Shown here: in pieces, positions 17,968-27,863 of the stretch
Layout of the letters: every line of letters begins with the position of its first letter
How positions within the stretch are numbered: position 1 is the stretch's first letter
Source of the DNA: an uncultured Bacilli bacterium
Lineage (GTDB): Bacteria; Bacillota_I; Bacilli_A; RF39; UBA660
DNA: 64,000 nt
Direction: 5' to 3'
NCBI GenBank assembly: GCA_934098375.1
Contig: CAKOOC010000001.1
Coordinates: 70,772-134,771 of the forward strand
Made by a program: the position numbers and the translations under genes
The notes under the pieces: generated by a model
What the model was told of the DNA's origin: nothing
What the model saw: only the letters and a program-made list of their open reading frames with translations
Databases searched by the model: none

Positions 17968-19317
17968 TTAAAGTTTAATTATTTCAAGGTCTTTTTTGTT
18001 TTCTTTAATTAATTCTTTAACAAAAAGAGAGTAATTACTATATGGTACTAGAAGATAAGCACTATTTCTTGTTCTAGTAAGGGCAACATAAAAAAGTCTT
18101 CTTTCTTCTTCATAAGGAATGTTTTCTTTAAATGATAAAAGATTTATTATTTGATGATTTTTAATTTTTGAGGGTAAACTATTAGTTTTGTTTAAAAGAT
18201 TAATAATTATTATATTATCTTCTTCTAAGCCTTTAGATTTATGAATTGTTAGAAACTTTATATTATCAGATTCTGAGACATTAAATGTTTCTTTATCTTT
18301 ATTATTTCGTCCTAAAATTAAAATATGACCACCAATTAATTTAATTATTTTTTCTAAACAAGTTTTTTCGTTTTTGTAAAATACTATTTTGATGGGTTTT
18401 TCAGTATCCTTTAAACAAATAGTATTTTTTTTAATTTGTTTTTTATTTTTCATAATAAAGTTATTGGTAATATTAACGAGAGTCTGATTGTTTCGATAAT
18501 TATAATCTAGATTAATAATAGTTAGATTTTCAAGATAATCTTTTAGATTTATAAGGATTTTTAAATCACAGCCACTAAAACGGTATATTGATTGGTAATC
18601 GTCTCCGACTGCAAAAAGATGTCCGTTATTTTGATCAATGATAGCTTTTATTAAATTAAATCTAATAAGGGAAGTGTCTTGAAATTCATCTATGATAACA
18701 AATTTATATTTTGTTTTTACTTCATTATTATTTATTTTGGCAGTGCTGATACTAATCATATCATTAAAATCAAGATAACCTGATGATGATAGTTCATTTT
18801 GATATAATAAGTAAATTTCAATAATAAGTAAAAGATAATCTTTGGTTATAAAATGAGCATTTTTATATAGAGATATGAGATAATCAATATTACTGTAATT
18901 GGCTTTATAGAGATTTATAAAAGTTGAAATTAAGTTTATTAGATTATCTTTAGTGTTTTCTAATAAAATTTTTCTGATGATTTTCTTTTGCCTTTTATTT
19001 TGGGGCTTATTAATATATTCTTTAATTAAAAATGTAAGCATACTTTCTTTGGCAATTTTAGTATTATCATCACGAATTAAATCTAAAGCTAGTTTGTGAA
19101 ATGTTTTTACATCTATATTATATTTAATTCTTCTTTTTATATCGTTTACAGATTCATTAGTAAAAGAAATGGCGAGTATTTCATTTTCTTTATATAGATT
19201 ATTTTCAATTAAATAATTAATTTTATTTATTATAGTAAATGTTTTCCCGGAACCAGCACCGGCGATTAATAAAACATTACCAAGAGTAGTAACGGCCAAT
19301 TGTTGTTTTTCATTCAT
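17968..19317 (-). CDS. compact UvrD/PcrA-like SF1 helicase
   Basis: ATG at 19317 (MNEKQQLAV). Motifs AGAGSGKT, IIDEFQDTS, GDDYQSIYRFSG, YNYRNN, TIHKSKGLEED and LFYVALTRTRNS. Only about 449 aa, so accessory 1B/2B insertions are minimal. Confidence 0.85.
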   Translation of the reverse strand: MNEKQQLAVTTLGNVLLIAGAGSGKTFTIINKINYLIENNLYKENEILAISFTNESVNDIKRRIKYNIDVKTFHKLALDLIRDDNTKIAKESMLTFLIKEYINKPQNKRQKKIIRKILLENTKDNLINLISTFINLYKANYSNIDYLISLYKNAHFITKDYLLLIIEIYLLYQNELSSSGYLDFNDMISISTAKINNNEVKTKYKFVIIDEFQDTSLIRFNLIKAIIDQNNGHLFAVGDDYQSIYRFSGCDLKILINLKDYLENLTIINLDYNYRNNQTLVNITNNFIMKNKKQIKKNTICLKDTEKPIKIVFYKNEKTCLEKIIKLIGGHILILGRNNKDKETFNVSESDNIKFLTIHKSKGLEEDNIIIINLLNKTNSLPSKIKNHQIINLLSFKENIPYEEERRLFYVALTRTRNSAYLLVPYSNYSLFVKELIKENKKDLEIIKL

Positions 19318-19362
19318 GATTACTAATATAAGATAAGAAAAAAATATTGTCAATCAAAAAAA

Positions 19363-22300
19363 CTAGTTAAGGTCAACTAGTTTTTTATCAAGAAGAGAAT
19401 AAAGATATATTGATGCTTGCTTATTAGTTTTATACTCGATGTAGTTTTTATAGCCCGTTAACTGTTTAAGGTAAGCCGCATCCGAAGTATTTTTTAATTT
19501 ATAATCGATAATAATATTATGGCTTTCAAAGGTAAGTAGTAAATCAATTACTCCCGTTTTAGAAATATTGTTTTCTTCATAAATAAACTCATACTCCTTG
19601 TAAATTTTGGCATCTTTAATATTTTCAAATAATTTATTATTTAATAAGTTTTTAACAATATCTATTTCAAATTCGTTTAATAAAGAAAAATTAGGATTTT
19701 TAAAATCAATATTTTCAAGGATGTAGTGAAGTTTAATTCCTAAAAGCATATTTTCTTTTTCTGTATTAGTTATTAGTTTGTTTTGCTCTTTAGAATAGTG
19801 TTCCTCGTTAATAACTTCGTTTTTTTCTTCTATTTCATTAACAATAATTTCATTTTCGGCAACTTTTAGATTGCTAATATCTATTTCTTTATTTATTTTG
19901 TAATTATTATTTATTTCGGGAACTTTGACATTTTTAATATATTTTTCAAGATAAGGATATATTGATTCTAAAATGTTTTTAAAATTTTTATATTTTATTC
20001 GTGATAGATAATCAATTACTTCATTATTATCGGCTGTCATAATTGCATCATCTTTTAGTTCGGTAACTATAATCATTTTTTCTTTACATCTTGTTAAAGC
20101 AACATAAAATAATCTTATTTTTTCAGAAATTTCATCTTTAATATATTTTTCTTTATTAATAAAGGAAACAAAACTTGATTTAATACCATTATCATATGTA
20201 GGGATTATTAAGCCATATTTGTTATTAAAAATAAATTTTGCTTTAACTTCGTCCATATTAAAATCTTTGTGAAAGCCAGAAAAATAACATATTTTATATT
20301 CTAAACCTTTAGATTTATGAATGTTTGTTATAGTTACTGAATCACTTTCGGTGATAAGAGCATTTATTTTTAGTTCTTCTTTATCATTTATTAAGGACGC
20401 TAAATAATCATTTATGCCATAAATATCAATACCAACTTTATTTAAATCAGCAATTTTATTTATTAAATTGTTTAAGATAATAGTGCGATAATTAATGTTT
20501 CCAATAGTTATCATTCGTTTATAGAAGTCAAATTTATCTATGATTGTTTCAATTAATTCTTTGTTACTAAATGATTCTAAGTTATTTACAATTTCTAAAC
20601 AGTACTTATAAATAGTAGTTTCGCTTAATTTTTTATTAATTATAATTTCGTAAATTTCATTATCATTCATACTAAACAAATAACTTCTAGCAATACTAGT
20701 AAAATAGAATTTAGTCGTTTCATCATATATATGATTTTTAATATTGATAATTAAACCAACAATGTTCTTTATTAAATAAGTTTCATTAGAAATTAAAATA
20801 TTTTCATCTTTATAAATATTTAAAGGAATCATAAGATAGTTAAATACTTTTTTATAAATATCAAAACTACTAGTGCGGTCCATTAAAATACAAAAATCTT
20901 TATAAGTACAAGGTCTTAAGGTATTATCTAGGACAAGATATTTATTTTTGACTTTTTCTTTTATATCGTTACCAATTATAAAGGCTTCAATTTCTTCTTT
21001 TTTGTGAATATCATCTTTTTCATAACGGTATATTTCTAAATTATTATTATAGTTGTTATTTCCTATTTCGTTAAACATCATGTTGCCAAAAACAAGTTGG
21101 TGCTCTTTTTGATAATCAGCGTTACCAAGTTCATCATCCATAATATGATTAAAGATGTCATTTATACTATATAATACCGCGTCTCTAGAGCGAAAATTTT
21201 TATTTAAATCGATTTTGATGCCACCATTATTATTTTTGTATAAATCATATTTTATTTTAAAAATATCAGGATTAGCATTTCTAAAACGATAAATAGATTG
21301 CTTGATATCGCCAACCATATAAACATTATTATTTTCAATAAGTTTAATAAATTCTTCTTGAATATCACTGGTATCTTGATATTCATCAATCATTATTTCT
21401 TTGAAACTATATTTAAGATCATTTCTAATATTATCATTATTTTTAATTAAATTTATGGCCATTTTACTAATATCATTAAACTCAAACATTTGATATTTTC
21501 TTTTAAAGCTACTTACTTTATTGTTTAATTTTAATAAAATATCAATAATTATTTCGGCATATTTTTTAGTTGATTTTAAGTCATTAATTAATACTTCTTT
21601 ATCATAAAAAGTATAAGATTTTAAAACTTTAATAATATTAGTAATTTCACTTTTATAATATTTGCCATTTTCAGTTGAGCCAGTTAGTCTAAAAGAACCA
21701 ATATCTAAATTATTTCTGATTTCATCATATGTTTTAGCATTTATTAATGGAGTAAGAGCCTGGCTATAGTTACTAAAGAACTTTTCTGGCGCTTCAAAAG
21801 ATAAATTATAAAGAGATGTTTTAATAGTTGCGATTCTTTTTAATAGATTATTTACGTATTCATTAAATAAAAAGTTAATATTTTCTTCACTGTAGTAGTC
21901 ATTTATATAATTTTTTAAATATTCTTCTTTGTTTATTAATAAATCGATTTTACTATCTAAAGATAAAATAATTTTTTTGATAGGTTTATCGTTTTTACCA
22001 CAAAAGGAAGTTACAAAATCAATAAAATTTTGATTGTTTTCTAAATATAATTCATTGAAAATTTCATTGATAATGTTCTTTTTTTGATTGTTTATAATGG
22101 AAGAATCAATGATACTTATATTTTGATCTAAGTTTAGCAAGTAATGGTATTTTTTTACTAAAGATAAGACAAAAGCATCAAAGGTTGTAATGCTAGAACT
22201 TTCAACAAGTTTGGCTTCTTTTTTAATTTCTTCATCTTCTAAAATAGCTTTTTTAATTCGTGTCTTCATTTCGGCGGCTGCATTATTGGTAAATGTAAGA

Positions 22301-22455
22301 ATTAATAGTTCGTTAACATGAATACCATTTTTGATTTTATTTATAACTCGCGCAGTTAAAACAGCCGTTTTTCCGGAACCAGCACCTGCAGAAACAATGA
22401 TATTTGATCCTTCGGTATTTATTGCTTTTTGTTGTTCTAAAGTCCATTTAGGCAT
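19363..22455 (-). CDS. addA: helicase-nuclease AddA (RexA) subunit
   Basis: MPKWTLEQQKAI, SAGAGSGKT, IDEYQDTS, GDIKQSIYRFRNA, NIHKSKGLE and LFYVALTRCKE, plus a C-terminal RecB-type nuclease motif GVIDLLL...IIIDYKLK. GGAGA sits 8 nt before ATG 22455. Overlaps the addB stop by 8 nt. Confidence 0.88.
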   Translation of the reverse strand: MPKWTLEQQKAINTEGSNIIVSAGAGSGKTAVLTARVINKIKNGIHVNELLILTFTNNAAAEMKTRIKKAILEDEEIKKEAKLVESSSITTFDAFVLSLVKKYHYLLNLDQNISIIDSSIINNQKKNIINEIFNELYLENNQNFIDFVTSFCGKNDKPIKKIILSLDSKIDLLINKEEYLKNYINDYYSEENINFLFNEYVNNLLKRIATIKTSLYNLSFEAPEKFFSNYSQALTPLINAKTYDEIRNNLDIGSFRLTGSTENGKYYKSEITNIIKVLKSYTFYDKEVLINDLKSTKKYAEIIIDILLKLNNKVSSFKRKYQMFEFNDISKMAINLIKNNDNIRNDLKYSFKEIMIDEYQDTSDIQEEFIKLIENNNVYMVGDIKQSIYRFRNANPDIFKIKYDLYKNNNGGIKIDLNKNFRSRDAVLYSINDIFNHIMDDELGNADYQKEHQLVFGNMMFNEIGNNNYNNNLEIYRYEKDDIHKKEEIEAFIIGNDIKEKVKNKYLVLDNTLRPCTYKDFCILMDRTSSFDIYKKVFNYLMIPLNIYKDENILISNETYLIKNIVGLIINIKNHIYDETTKFYFTSIARSYLFSMNDNEIYEIIINKKLSETTIYKYCLEIVNNLESFSNKELIETIIDKFDFYKRMITIGNINYRTIILNNLINKIADLNKVGIDIYGINDYLASLINDKEELKINALITESDSVTITNIHKSKGLEYKICYFSGFHKDFNMDEVKAKFIFNNKYGLIIPTYDNGIKSSFVSFINKEKYIKDEISEKIRLFYVALTRCKEKMIIVTELKDDAIMTADNNEVIDYLSRIKYKNFKNILESIYPYLEKYIKNVKVPEINNNYKINKEIDISNLKVAENEIIVNEIEEKNEVINEEHYSKEQNKLITNTEKENMLLGIKLHYILENIDFKNPNFSLLNEFEIDIVKNLLNNKLFENIKDAKIYKEYEFIYEENNISKTGVIDLLLTFESHNIIIDYKLKNTSDAAYLKQLTGYKNYIEYKTNKQASIYLYSLLDKKLVDLN

Positions 22456-24763
22456 CAATATCATCTCCTAACTTTAATTCTTTTTCGGTAGTTAAATATT
22501 CTAAATCTTTATCGGTCATATAACAAACGGATTTATAAGGACAAAACTCACAACTTAGGTTAGTGTTACCAAGCATTTTAGGAGCAATTTTAAATTCAGC
22601 ATTTTTAATATCTTTAATACAATCTTTAATTTTACTTTCGGTTAAGTTATATAAATAATTAAAATCATTCGCCGTTAAAATTTTGGCATATTTAGAAAAG
22701 CCATTTTGGGTCATTTTCATACCTTTAATAAAATCACTATTTTCATAAGTGGGATCAAAATCTTTTAGTAATTCTTCATTTTCTAAAGTATATCCATCTA
22801 ATTTTAAGTAGTTTTCATAAATTTCGGTTTCATTTTTTTCAAAGTCACTGGTAATTATTGGTTTTAAAATGTGCTGTAAATATATTCCAACAACTAAAGA
22901 ATCAGGATAAAGTTTTTTTATTAGATATAAATAGCATGGCAATTGTAAGTTTAAGCCATATTTTGCGAGTCTTAAATCAATTTCCGGATTTCCCGTTTTG
23001 TAATCAATTAAAACGACTTTATCTTCGTACATCATAATTTTATCTATGATACCAATAAACTTTGTATCATCAATCATTATATTAATATTTTTTTCACATT
23101 CAATATTTTGATATTTATTTTGACTAGATAGACTTTTAATATATTTGATGGCGCCTTTTAATTCTTTCATTATTTTATTAGTGAAAACTTTATTTTCAGG
23201 GGTTAATTCAAATTCGTTATTTTTAATAAACGTTTCATAAGAACTTTCAAAACTTTTATTTTCGTCATATATTTCTGATAATATATAATGGCATAAAGAA
23301 CCTAGCCAAGCATCAAAAGTACTTTCAAATTTGTTTAATTTTAAAACATTATCTAAATAGTATCTAAAAGGACACTCATAATAAGTATTCATTTTAGAAT
23401 AAGATAAGTTAAAATTATAATTTTGTAAATTAACTTTTTGATATTTATTATTATAAGATTGATATCCTTGATTAGGATATGTTTTTAGTAATACTTCTAA
23501 ACTAGGACTTTTAAGGTTAAATTTAATATAATCGTCTAAAATTAAGCCTAAATTATATAAATTACTTTCATGAGAGTGACCACTAGGGCTATAATCAACA
23601 TTTTTAATTTCTAGATTTAATTCTTTAATAAGAGGTGATGGCTCAAGAGAACCACCTAAATTTTGAAGAGCCGCACTAATAAAAAGATTAGGTGTATTAT
23701 TTAAAATGCTTTCCCAAATAATAATTTCATTGTTATTTTTTTCAATAGTATTTTCTAAGTATGAAGGCTTTTCTTTATCATTAATAAAGTCTTCATCTTT
23801 ATAGACTTTAGGTATATATTCACGGTTAAAATCTAATAAGTAAATATACTCATCATCGTTAAAATAATTATCTTTTAATTCTACGATATTAACTGCGTTT
23901 TGATATTTAGGATTTTTAAGTTTAGCCGTTTTAAATTCTTCCGTTAAAAGATTTTTTATTTCATTTTTATTTTCAATAAAATAATATTCATTTAATATAT
24001 TAATAATAGCATTTTTTATTTCAGGAGTTTTAACAAGTGATAAGGCTTTATTTAAGTCGTGCATGTTATTTAAAAAATTTTGGCCATCAATTGTGTCAAA
24101 AATGGTTTTTTCATTATTAAAATTTACTTTTAAATGATAAAATTTACTAATTTTTTTAATTGTACTTTCATTTTCTTTGTTAACATTAGCAAAAAATACT
24201 TTGGAAGGGTTTAAATTTTTATTTAAGATATCATTAAAAATATAATCTATTTCATTTTCTATAGTTTTAAAATTTAGAATAATTTCTTTTTTATTTACAG
24301 TATTTTCAGGGGAAACGATAGTAACTTTGGCACTTTTTTCTAATATGCCGATTAATTTTTTTTGATACTTGGTAATTATAGTAAAGCCCCAAAATAAAAT
24401 TTCTTTATCTTTTATTGTTTCATAAAATAAAGGATCTTTAATTAGTAACTCATGATTTAAAAGATCATCTTTGATATTTTCTAAATATTTTAATTTTTCA
24501 TTGTCATAACCTAAATCAAGTAAGTTATATAAGCTCCTTATGATTTCTTTAGCGTTACTTAGACTTAGATGATAATTTTGATATAAATAATAAATTCCTT
24601 TTTTATCATAATCATAAAACATTCTTTTTTTTAGTTCTTCCATTGTTAAAATTTTTATGTTGTACATTTTATCTAAAGAATTTAAATATTTGATGATTTT
24701 TTTCTTTATATTACTGGGAATTATTAATATTAAATTGTCGTGTAAATATTGCAATAAATTCAT
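22448..24763 (-). CDS. addB: helicase-nuclease AddB (RexB) subunit, short form lacking Walker A
   Basis: C-terminal PD-(D/E)xK block (IGIIDKIM...VVLIDYKTG). Four Fe-S-type cysteines (ECPFRYY; CEFCPYKSVC). Positioned directly upstream of addA. 771 aa, with no GxxGxGK at the N-terminus. Confidence 0.8.
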   Translation of the reverse strand: MNLLQYLHDNLILIIPSNIKKKIIKYLNSLDKMYNIKILTMEELKKRMFYDYDKKGIYYLYQNYHLSLSNAKEIIRSLYNLLDLGYDNEKLKYLENIKDDLLNHELLIKDPLFYETIKDKEILFWGFTIITKYQKKLIGILEKSAKVTIVSPENTVNKKEIILNFKTIENEIDYIFNDILNKNLNPSKVFFANVNKENESTIKKISKFYHLKVNFNNEKTIFDTIDGQNFLNNMHDLNKALSLVKTPEIKNAIINILNEYYFIENKNEIKNLLTEEFKTAKLKNPKYQNAVNIVELKDNYFNDDEYIYLLDFNREYIPKVYKDEDFINDKEKPSYLENTIEKNNNEIIIWESILNNTPNLFISAALQNLGGSLEPSPLIKELNLEIKNVDYSPSGHSHESNLYNLGLILDDYIKFNLKSPSLEVLLKTYPNQGYQSYNNKYQKVNLQNYNFNLSYSKMNTYYECPFRYYLDNVLKLNKFESTFDAWLGSLCHYILSEIYDENKSFESSYETFIKNNEFELTPENKVFTNKIMKELKGAIKYIKSLSSQNKYQNIECEKNINIMIDDTKFIGIIDKIMMYEDKVVLIDYKTGNPEIDLRLAKYGLNLQLPCYLYLIKKLYPDSLVVGIYLQHILKPIITSDFEKNETEIYENYLKLDGYTLENEELLKDFDPTYENSDFIKGMKMTQNGFSKYAKILTANDFNYLYNLTESKIKDCIKDIKNAEFKIAPKMLGNTNLSCEFCPYKSVCYMTDKDLEYLTTEKELKLGDDIDA

Positions 24764-24862
24764 AATACCACCTTTTAAATTATATCATATGTTATCTTTA
24801 TTTTATTAAAAACAAAAAAAAGCATATACTTTTTGGCATATACTTTTAAAGTTATTTTTATT

Positions 24863-25123
24863 TTAAATATTTTTTTCTTTTCCTTTTAAAAATATTTTTT
24901 TTACACGAGATATCATACTGGCATCAAAGTTAAGCGCGACTGTCGTGACAGGTAAATTATATCTTTCGGCAACGTCTATAATAGCTCTAGCAGTTTCGTC
25001 ATTTTCGGCATTTATAATATAATCATGCCATTCTTTTTTATTAGAAAAACCACTTTTGATAGCGTCTTCGGTATCTTTTTTTTGTAATAATTTAATCTCT
25101 AATTTGTAATCTTCTATATTCAT
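24863..25123 (-). CDS. hypothetical 86-aa protein
   Basis: ORF with GGAGG upstream (reverse complement of 25127-25131). Last gene of the protease-like/VanY string. No family recognised. Confidence 0.5.
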   Translation of the reverse strand: MNIEDYKLEIKLLQKKDTEDAIKSGFSNKKEWHDYIINAENDETARAIIDVAERYNLPVTTVALNFDASMISRVKKIFLKGKEKNI

Positions 25124-25131
25124 AAAACCTC

Positions 25132-26133
25132 CTAATCAGGGTAAACTGATGTTAAACCAAAGTAGTTTTCCATCGTTATCCACGAACCACTATTATATAA
25201 TTTTTTGGCTAAATCTTTACCGACATAACGAATATGCCATGGCTCAAATATGTAACCAGTTTCACTTGTTGAACCTTCGGGGTATCTTAATATGTAGCCA
25301 TATAAATAACAGTTATTGGCAATCCAGATTCCTTCTTTTGTGTCTTTAAAATCCGTTGTTATGGTGTTTAAATCAAAGGCTAAACCAGTTTGATGCTCGG
25401 AGTTTCCTGGTCTTGCGGAAGAAGTATCAGCGGCTGCTTTGCCTTTGCGTGTGACATAACTATTATATAAATCACTTTGATAACTATAAGAGCGATATCC
25501 ACTTTGGGCCCATAAATTTAAACCAATAGCCTTAGAATCACTAAGCATTTCATTCCAAGCATTATAGGCATCTTTATCTAGTGGGTCACGTGCAAAGCCA
25601 CTTGATGGCACGCTTTTATAGGGATTTAGGGGCACAAAATTTTTATCTAATTTATAAGTTTTGTTAACAATTAGGTAATTATCAACATAGTAAGCGCCAT
25701 TTTTGTAAGTAATTGTATAACCTTTACTGCTGGTACCAACGTAACCTTCTTTAGTGCTAGATTTAGTTGTGGTGGTAGTTATCTTTGTTGTTAACTTAGT
25801 TGTAGTAGTGGTTGTCTTAGCATTGGTTGTTACACTTGTACTAATTACTTCAGAAGAAACAGTAGTTGTTGCATTAGTATTTTTCTCATTGGATGTTAGT
25901 GTAGTTTTAGTAGTTGTAGATAAATTATTTTTATCATCGCATTTTTTTAATAGTAAGAAGTTAATCGTATTTACGATTAAAATACATATAATTGTTAAAA
26001 GAATATTTAATAGTATTTTTTTCTTTTTTATTTTCTTTAAAATAAGAATACTAATATATAAAAAGCCTAAAACCAAAGAACCATATAAAATTAGATTATG
26101 AGTTAAATTAAAAACATTATCTTCTAAACACAT
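25132..26133 (-). CDS. membrane-anchored M15B (VanY-type) D-alanyl-D-alanine carboxypeptidase with Thr-rich stalk
   Basis: N-terminal TMs and a T-rich linker. Zn motifs SGYRSY, ARPGNSEHQTGLAFDL and EPWHIRYVG. Confidence 0.85.
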   Translation of the reverse strand: MCLEDNVFNLTHNLILYGSLVLGFLYISILILKKIKKKKILLNILLTIICILIVNTINFLLLKKCDDKNNLSTTTKTTLTSNEKNTNATTTVSSEVISTSVTTNAKTTTTTTKLTTKITTTTTKSSTKEGYVGTSSKGYTITYKNGAYYVDNYLIVNKTYKLDKNFVPLNPYKSVPSSGFARDPLDKDAYNAWNEMLSDSKAIGLNLWAQSGYRSYSYQSDLYNSYVTRKGKAAADTSSARPGNSEHQTGLAFDLNTITTDFKDTKEGIWIANNCYLYGYILRYPEGSTSETGYIFEPWHIRYVGKDLAKKLYNSGSWITMENYFGLTSVYPD

Positions 26134-26140
26134 AACACAC

Positions 26141-26950
26141 CTACTTTATATTAAATTTAATGCTGTTTGTTTCTAAAAATTCCATAATTGTTTGGGAATT
26201 TATAGCATAACCTAAAGTTAATTTTAAATCTTTAGAAGCATTTAAAGTTTTAGAGCCTACGAGCATACCTAAAATATAACCATTTTTATCAGCTACAATG
26301 CCACCGCTTTGTCCGGGAAGAGCAGGATTAGATGTTTCAAACATGGAAATAGCTTCATTATCGCTGGCAATATTACGAGTAATAATTCCTTCAGTGGGAA
26401 AAATGGGGAAGTTCATTATTTTATTTGTCGTTTTTATTACGCATTCATTCTCATCATAGGAAAAAGCATCATATTCAGGAAAAGCAAATCCGATATTACA
26501 AATACTAGTACCTATTTGAGGGATTTCTTTAGAAAATACCGGAAAATTCTTAACATGAACTTTATTAACTTTTTCAGATTTTATAATAGCTAAATCTAAT
26601 TCAGGATGTTTTATAATGTCAATTTTTCCTTCTATATTAGCTGTATCAACAATAATATTGTGCATTGCAACGACAGTATCATTAGTAATACCATATTTCT
26701 TTTCGATTTTTTTAATTTGTCTAGGACTTTTTTCTTTTAATTCTTTTAAAATAGGATTGTATACTTCACCAATTTCTTCAGAAAGTAAAATTAAATCAGC
26801 ATTAGTTGCGGTAGTTAAAATATCACCATCTTCATTTAGAACAATCATGGTAGAAATATAATTATTTAAATGATCACTATTATAAAATAAACGAGCGGTT
26901 ATAATTGGTCTTAAAAAATTAACAGCGTTTTTAATTGCTATTTTAAACAT
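26141..26950 (-). CDS. trypsin-fold (S1-like) protein without signal peptide; catalytic His context altered
   Basis: DLAIIK and GQSGGIV are present, but the usual TNxHV block reads ILTTATNADLIL. No N-terminal hydrophobic segment. Confidence 0.65.
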   Translation of the reverse strand: MFKIAIKNAVNFLRPIITARLFYNSDHLNNYISTMIVLNEDGDILTTATNADLILLSEEIGEVYNPILKELKEKSPRQIKKIEKKYGITNDTVVAMHNIIVDTANIEGKIDIIKHPELDLAIIKSEKVNKVHVKNFPVFSKEIPQIGTSICNIGFAFPEYDAFSYDENECVIKTTNKIMNFPIFPTEGIITRNIASDNEAISMFETSNPALPGQSGGIVADKNGYILGMLVGSKTLNASKDLKLTLGYAINSQTIMEFLETNSIKFNIK

Positions 26951-27043
26951 ATTATCACCTTTTTAATTATAGCACGGATAATATATAACTTAAAGTTTTT
27001 GTAGATTAATAATTTTAAATAAAGATTGGAAAATAAAAAGAAA

Positions 27044-27238
27044 CTACTTGGTTTCTTTGATAATCTTATATAGGCCTAATAACTCGATAGCAAGAGATAA
27101 TATTAATAAAGCAAAACAGTAAGTATCACTTATTTCAACATAACGATTTACTAATAATGATATTATTAAAAATATGGTGCCCATAAATAAAATTAATAAA
27201 CCTGTATTTTTCTTTTTTTTCTTTTTCATAGCTTCCAC
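27044..27238 (-). CDS. small two-helix membrane protein
   Basis: 64 aa with a K-rich N-terminus and two hydrophobic helices. Terminator-like GAAAC-caagta-GTTTC + T-run overlaps the stop on the minus strand (about 27030-27055). Confidence 0.45.
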   Translation of the reverse strand: MEAMKKKKKKNTGLLILFMGTIFLIISLLVNRYVEISDTYCFALLILSLAIELLGLYKIIKETK

Positions 27239-27336
27239 CCTTTGTTAAAAATATTATAGCATTTTATAAAAACACTTTTAAGAAGAAAAGATTGATTTTA
27301 CACTTATTTTATATTATAAATAGATTTGGTGATTTG

Positions 27337-27813
27337 ATGCAAAAAATAATAATTAATGAAGAAAATCTTAAAGAGGAAGAAATAAACACTAAAATTGGTA
27401 AAATATATATAATTTTAGTTAATGAAAAAGATGAAGTTTTTTTAGAAAAAAGACATAATACATATCACTTTATAGATGGATATATTAATAAAGAAGATAA
27501 TATAGATGATTTAGTTATGAGGATAATAAAAGATAAAACAAATATTGAAAAAATAAAAACAATAAAACCATTTTTACTTAAAGAAGAATATATCAGTGAT
27601 TATCCAACAATTAATGATAAAACTTTGTATTATTCATATTATTATTTTGCTAGTTATGAGGGTAAGGAAAATCATGTTGTTTGGAAAGAATCTTCAGAAT
27701 ATGAATATATTCCTTTTAAAAATCTTAAAAATACTTTAGAAAGTAACCGTTATGATAATCCGAGAAATCAAATGACAGTAAAGGAAATGATAGATGTAAT
27801 AGAGTATATATAA
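27337..27813 (+). CDS. hypothetical protein, possibly a degenerate NUDIX-fold protein
   Basis: ATG 27337 after GGTGA. The layout ...YIILVNEKDEVFLEKR....FIDGYINKEDNIDDLVMRIIKDKTNI resembles a Nudix box, but the consensus REUxEE is absent. Confidence 0.4.
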   Translation: MQKIIINEENLKEEEINTKIGKIYIILVNEKDEVFLEKRHNTYHFIDGYINKEDNIDDLVMRIIKDKTNIEKIKTIKPFLLKEEYISDYPTINDKTLYYSYYYFASYEGKENHVVWKESSEYEYIPFKNLKNTLESNRYDNPRNQMTVKEMIDVIEYI

Positions 27814-27863
27814 ATATTACTTTTATTATTTTCTTTTTTTTATTATAATGATAAAGATGAAGA

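Noticed and set aside
24822-24847. Tandem direct repeat GCATATACTTTT (24822-24833 and 24836-24847) between the 86-aa gene and addB, considered as a terminator.
   Set aside because: The repeat is direct, not inverted. The only possible stem is AU-only with a mismatch. It is more likely promoter-region A/T-rich sequence. No functional call.
25754-25930. Repetitive ACT/ACC/ACA-rich DNA (reverse strand of the VanY gene) that looks like a tandem repeat.
   Set aside because: It is simply the Thr-rich stalk-coding region of the M15B protein (TTTTTKLTTKITTTTTK). This is low-complexity coding sequence, not a repeat element.
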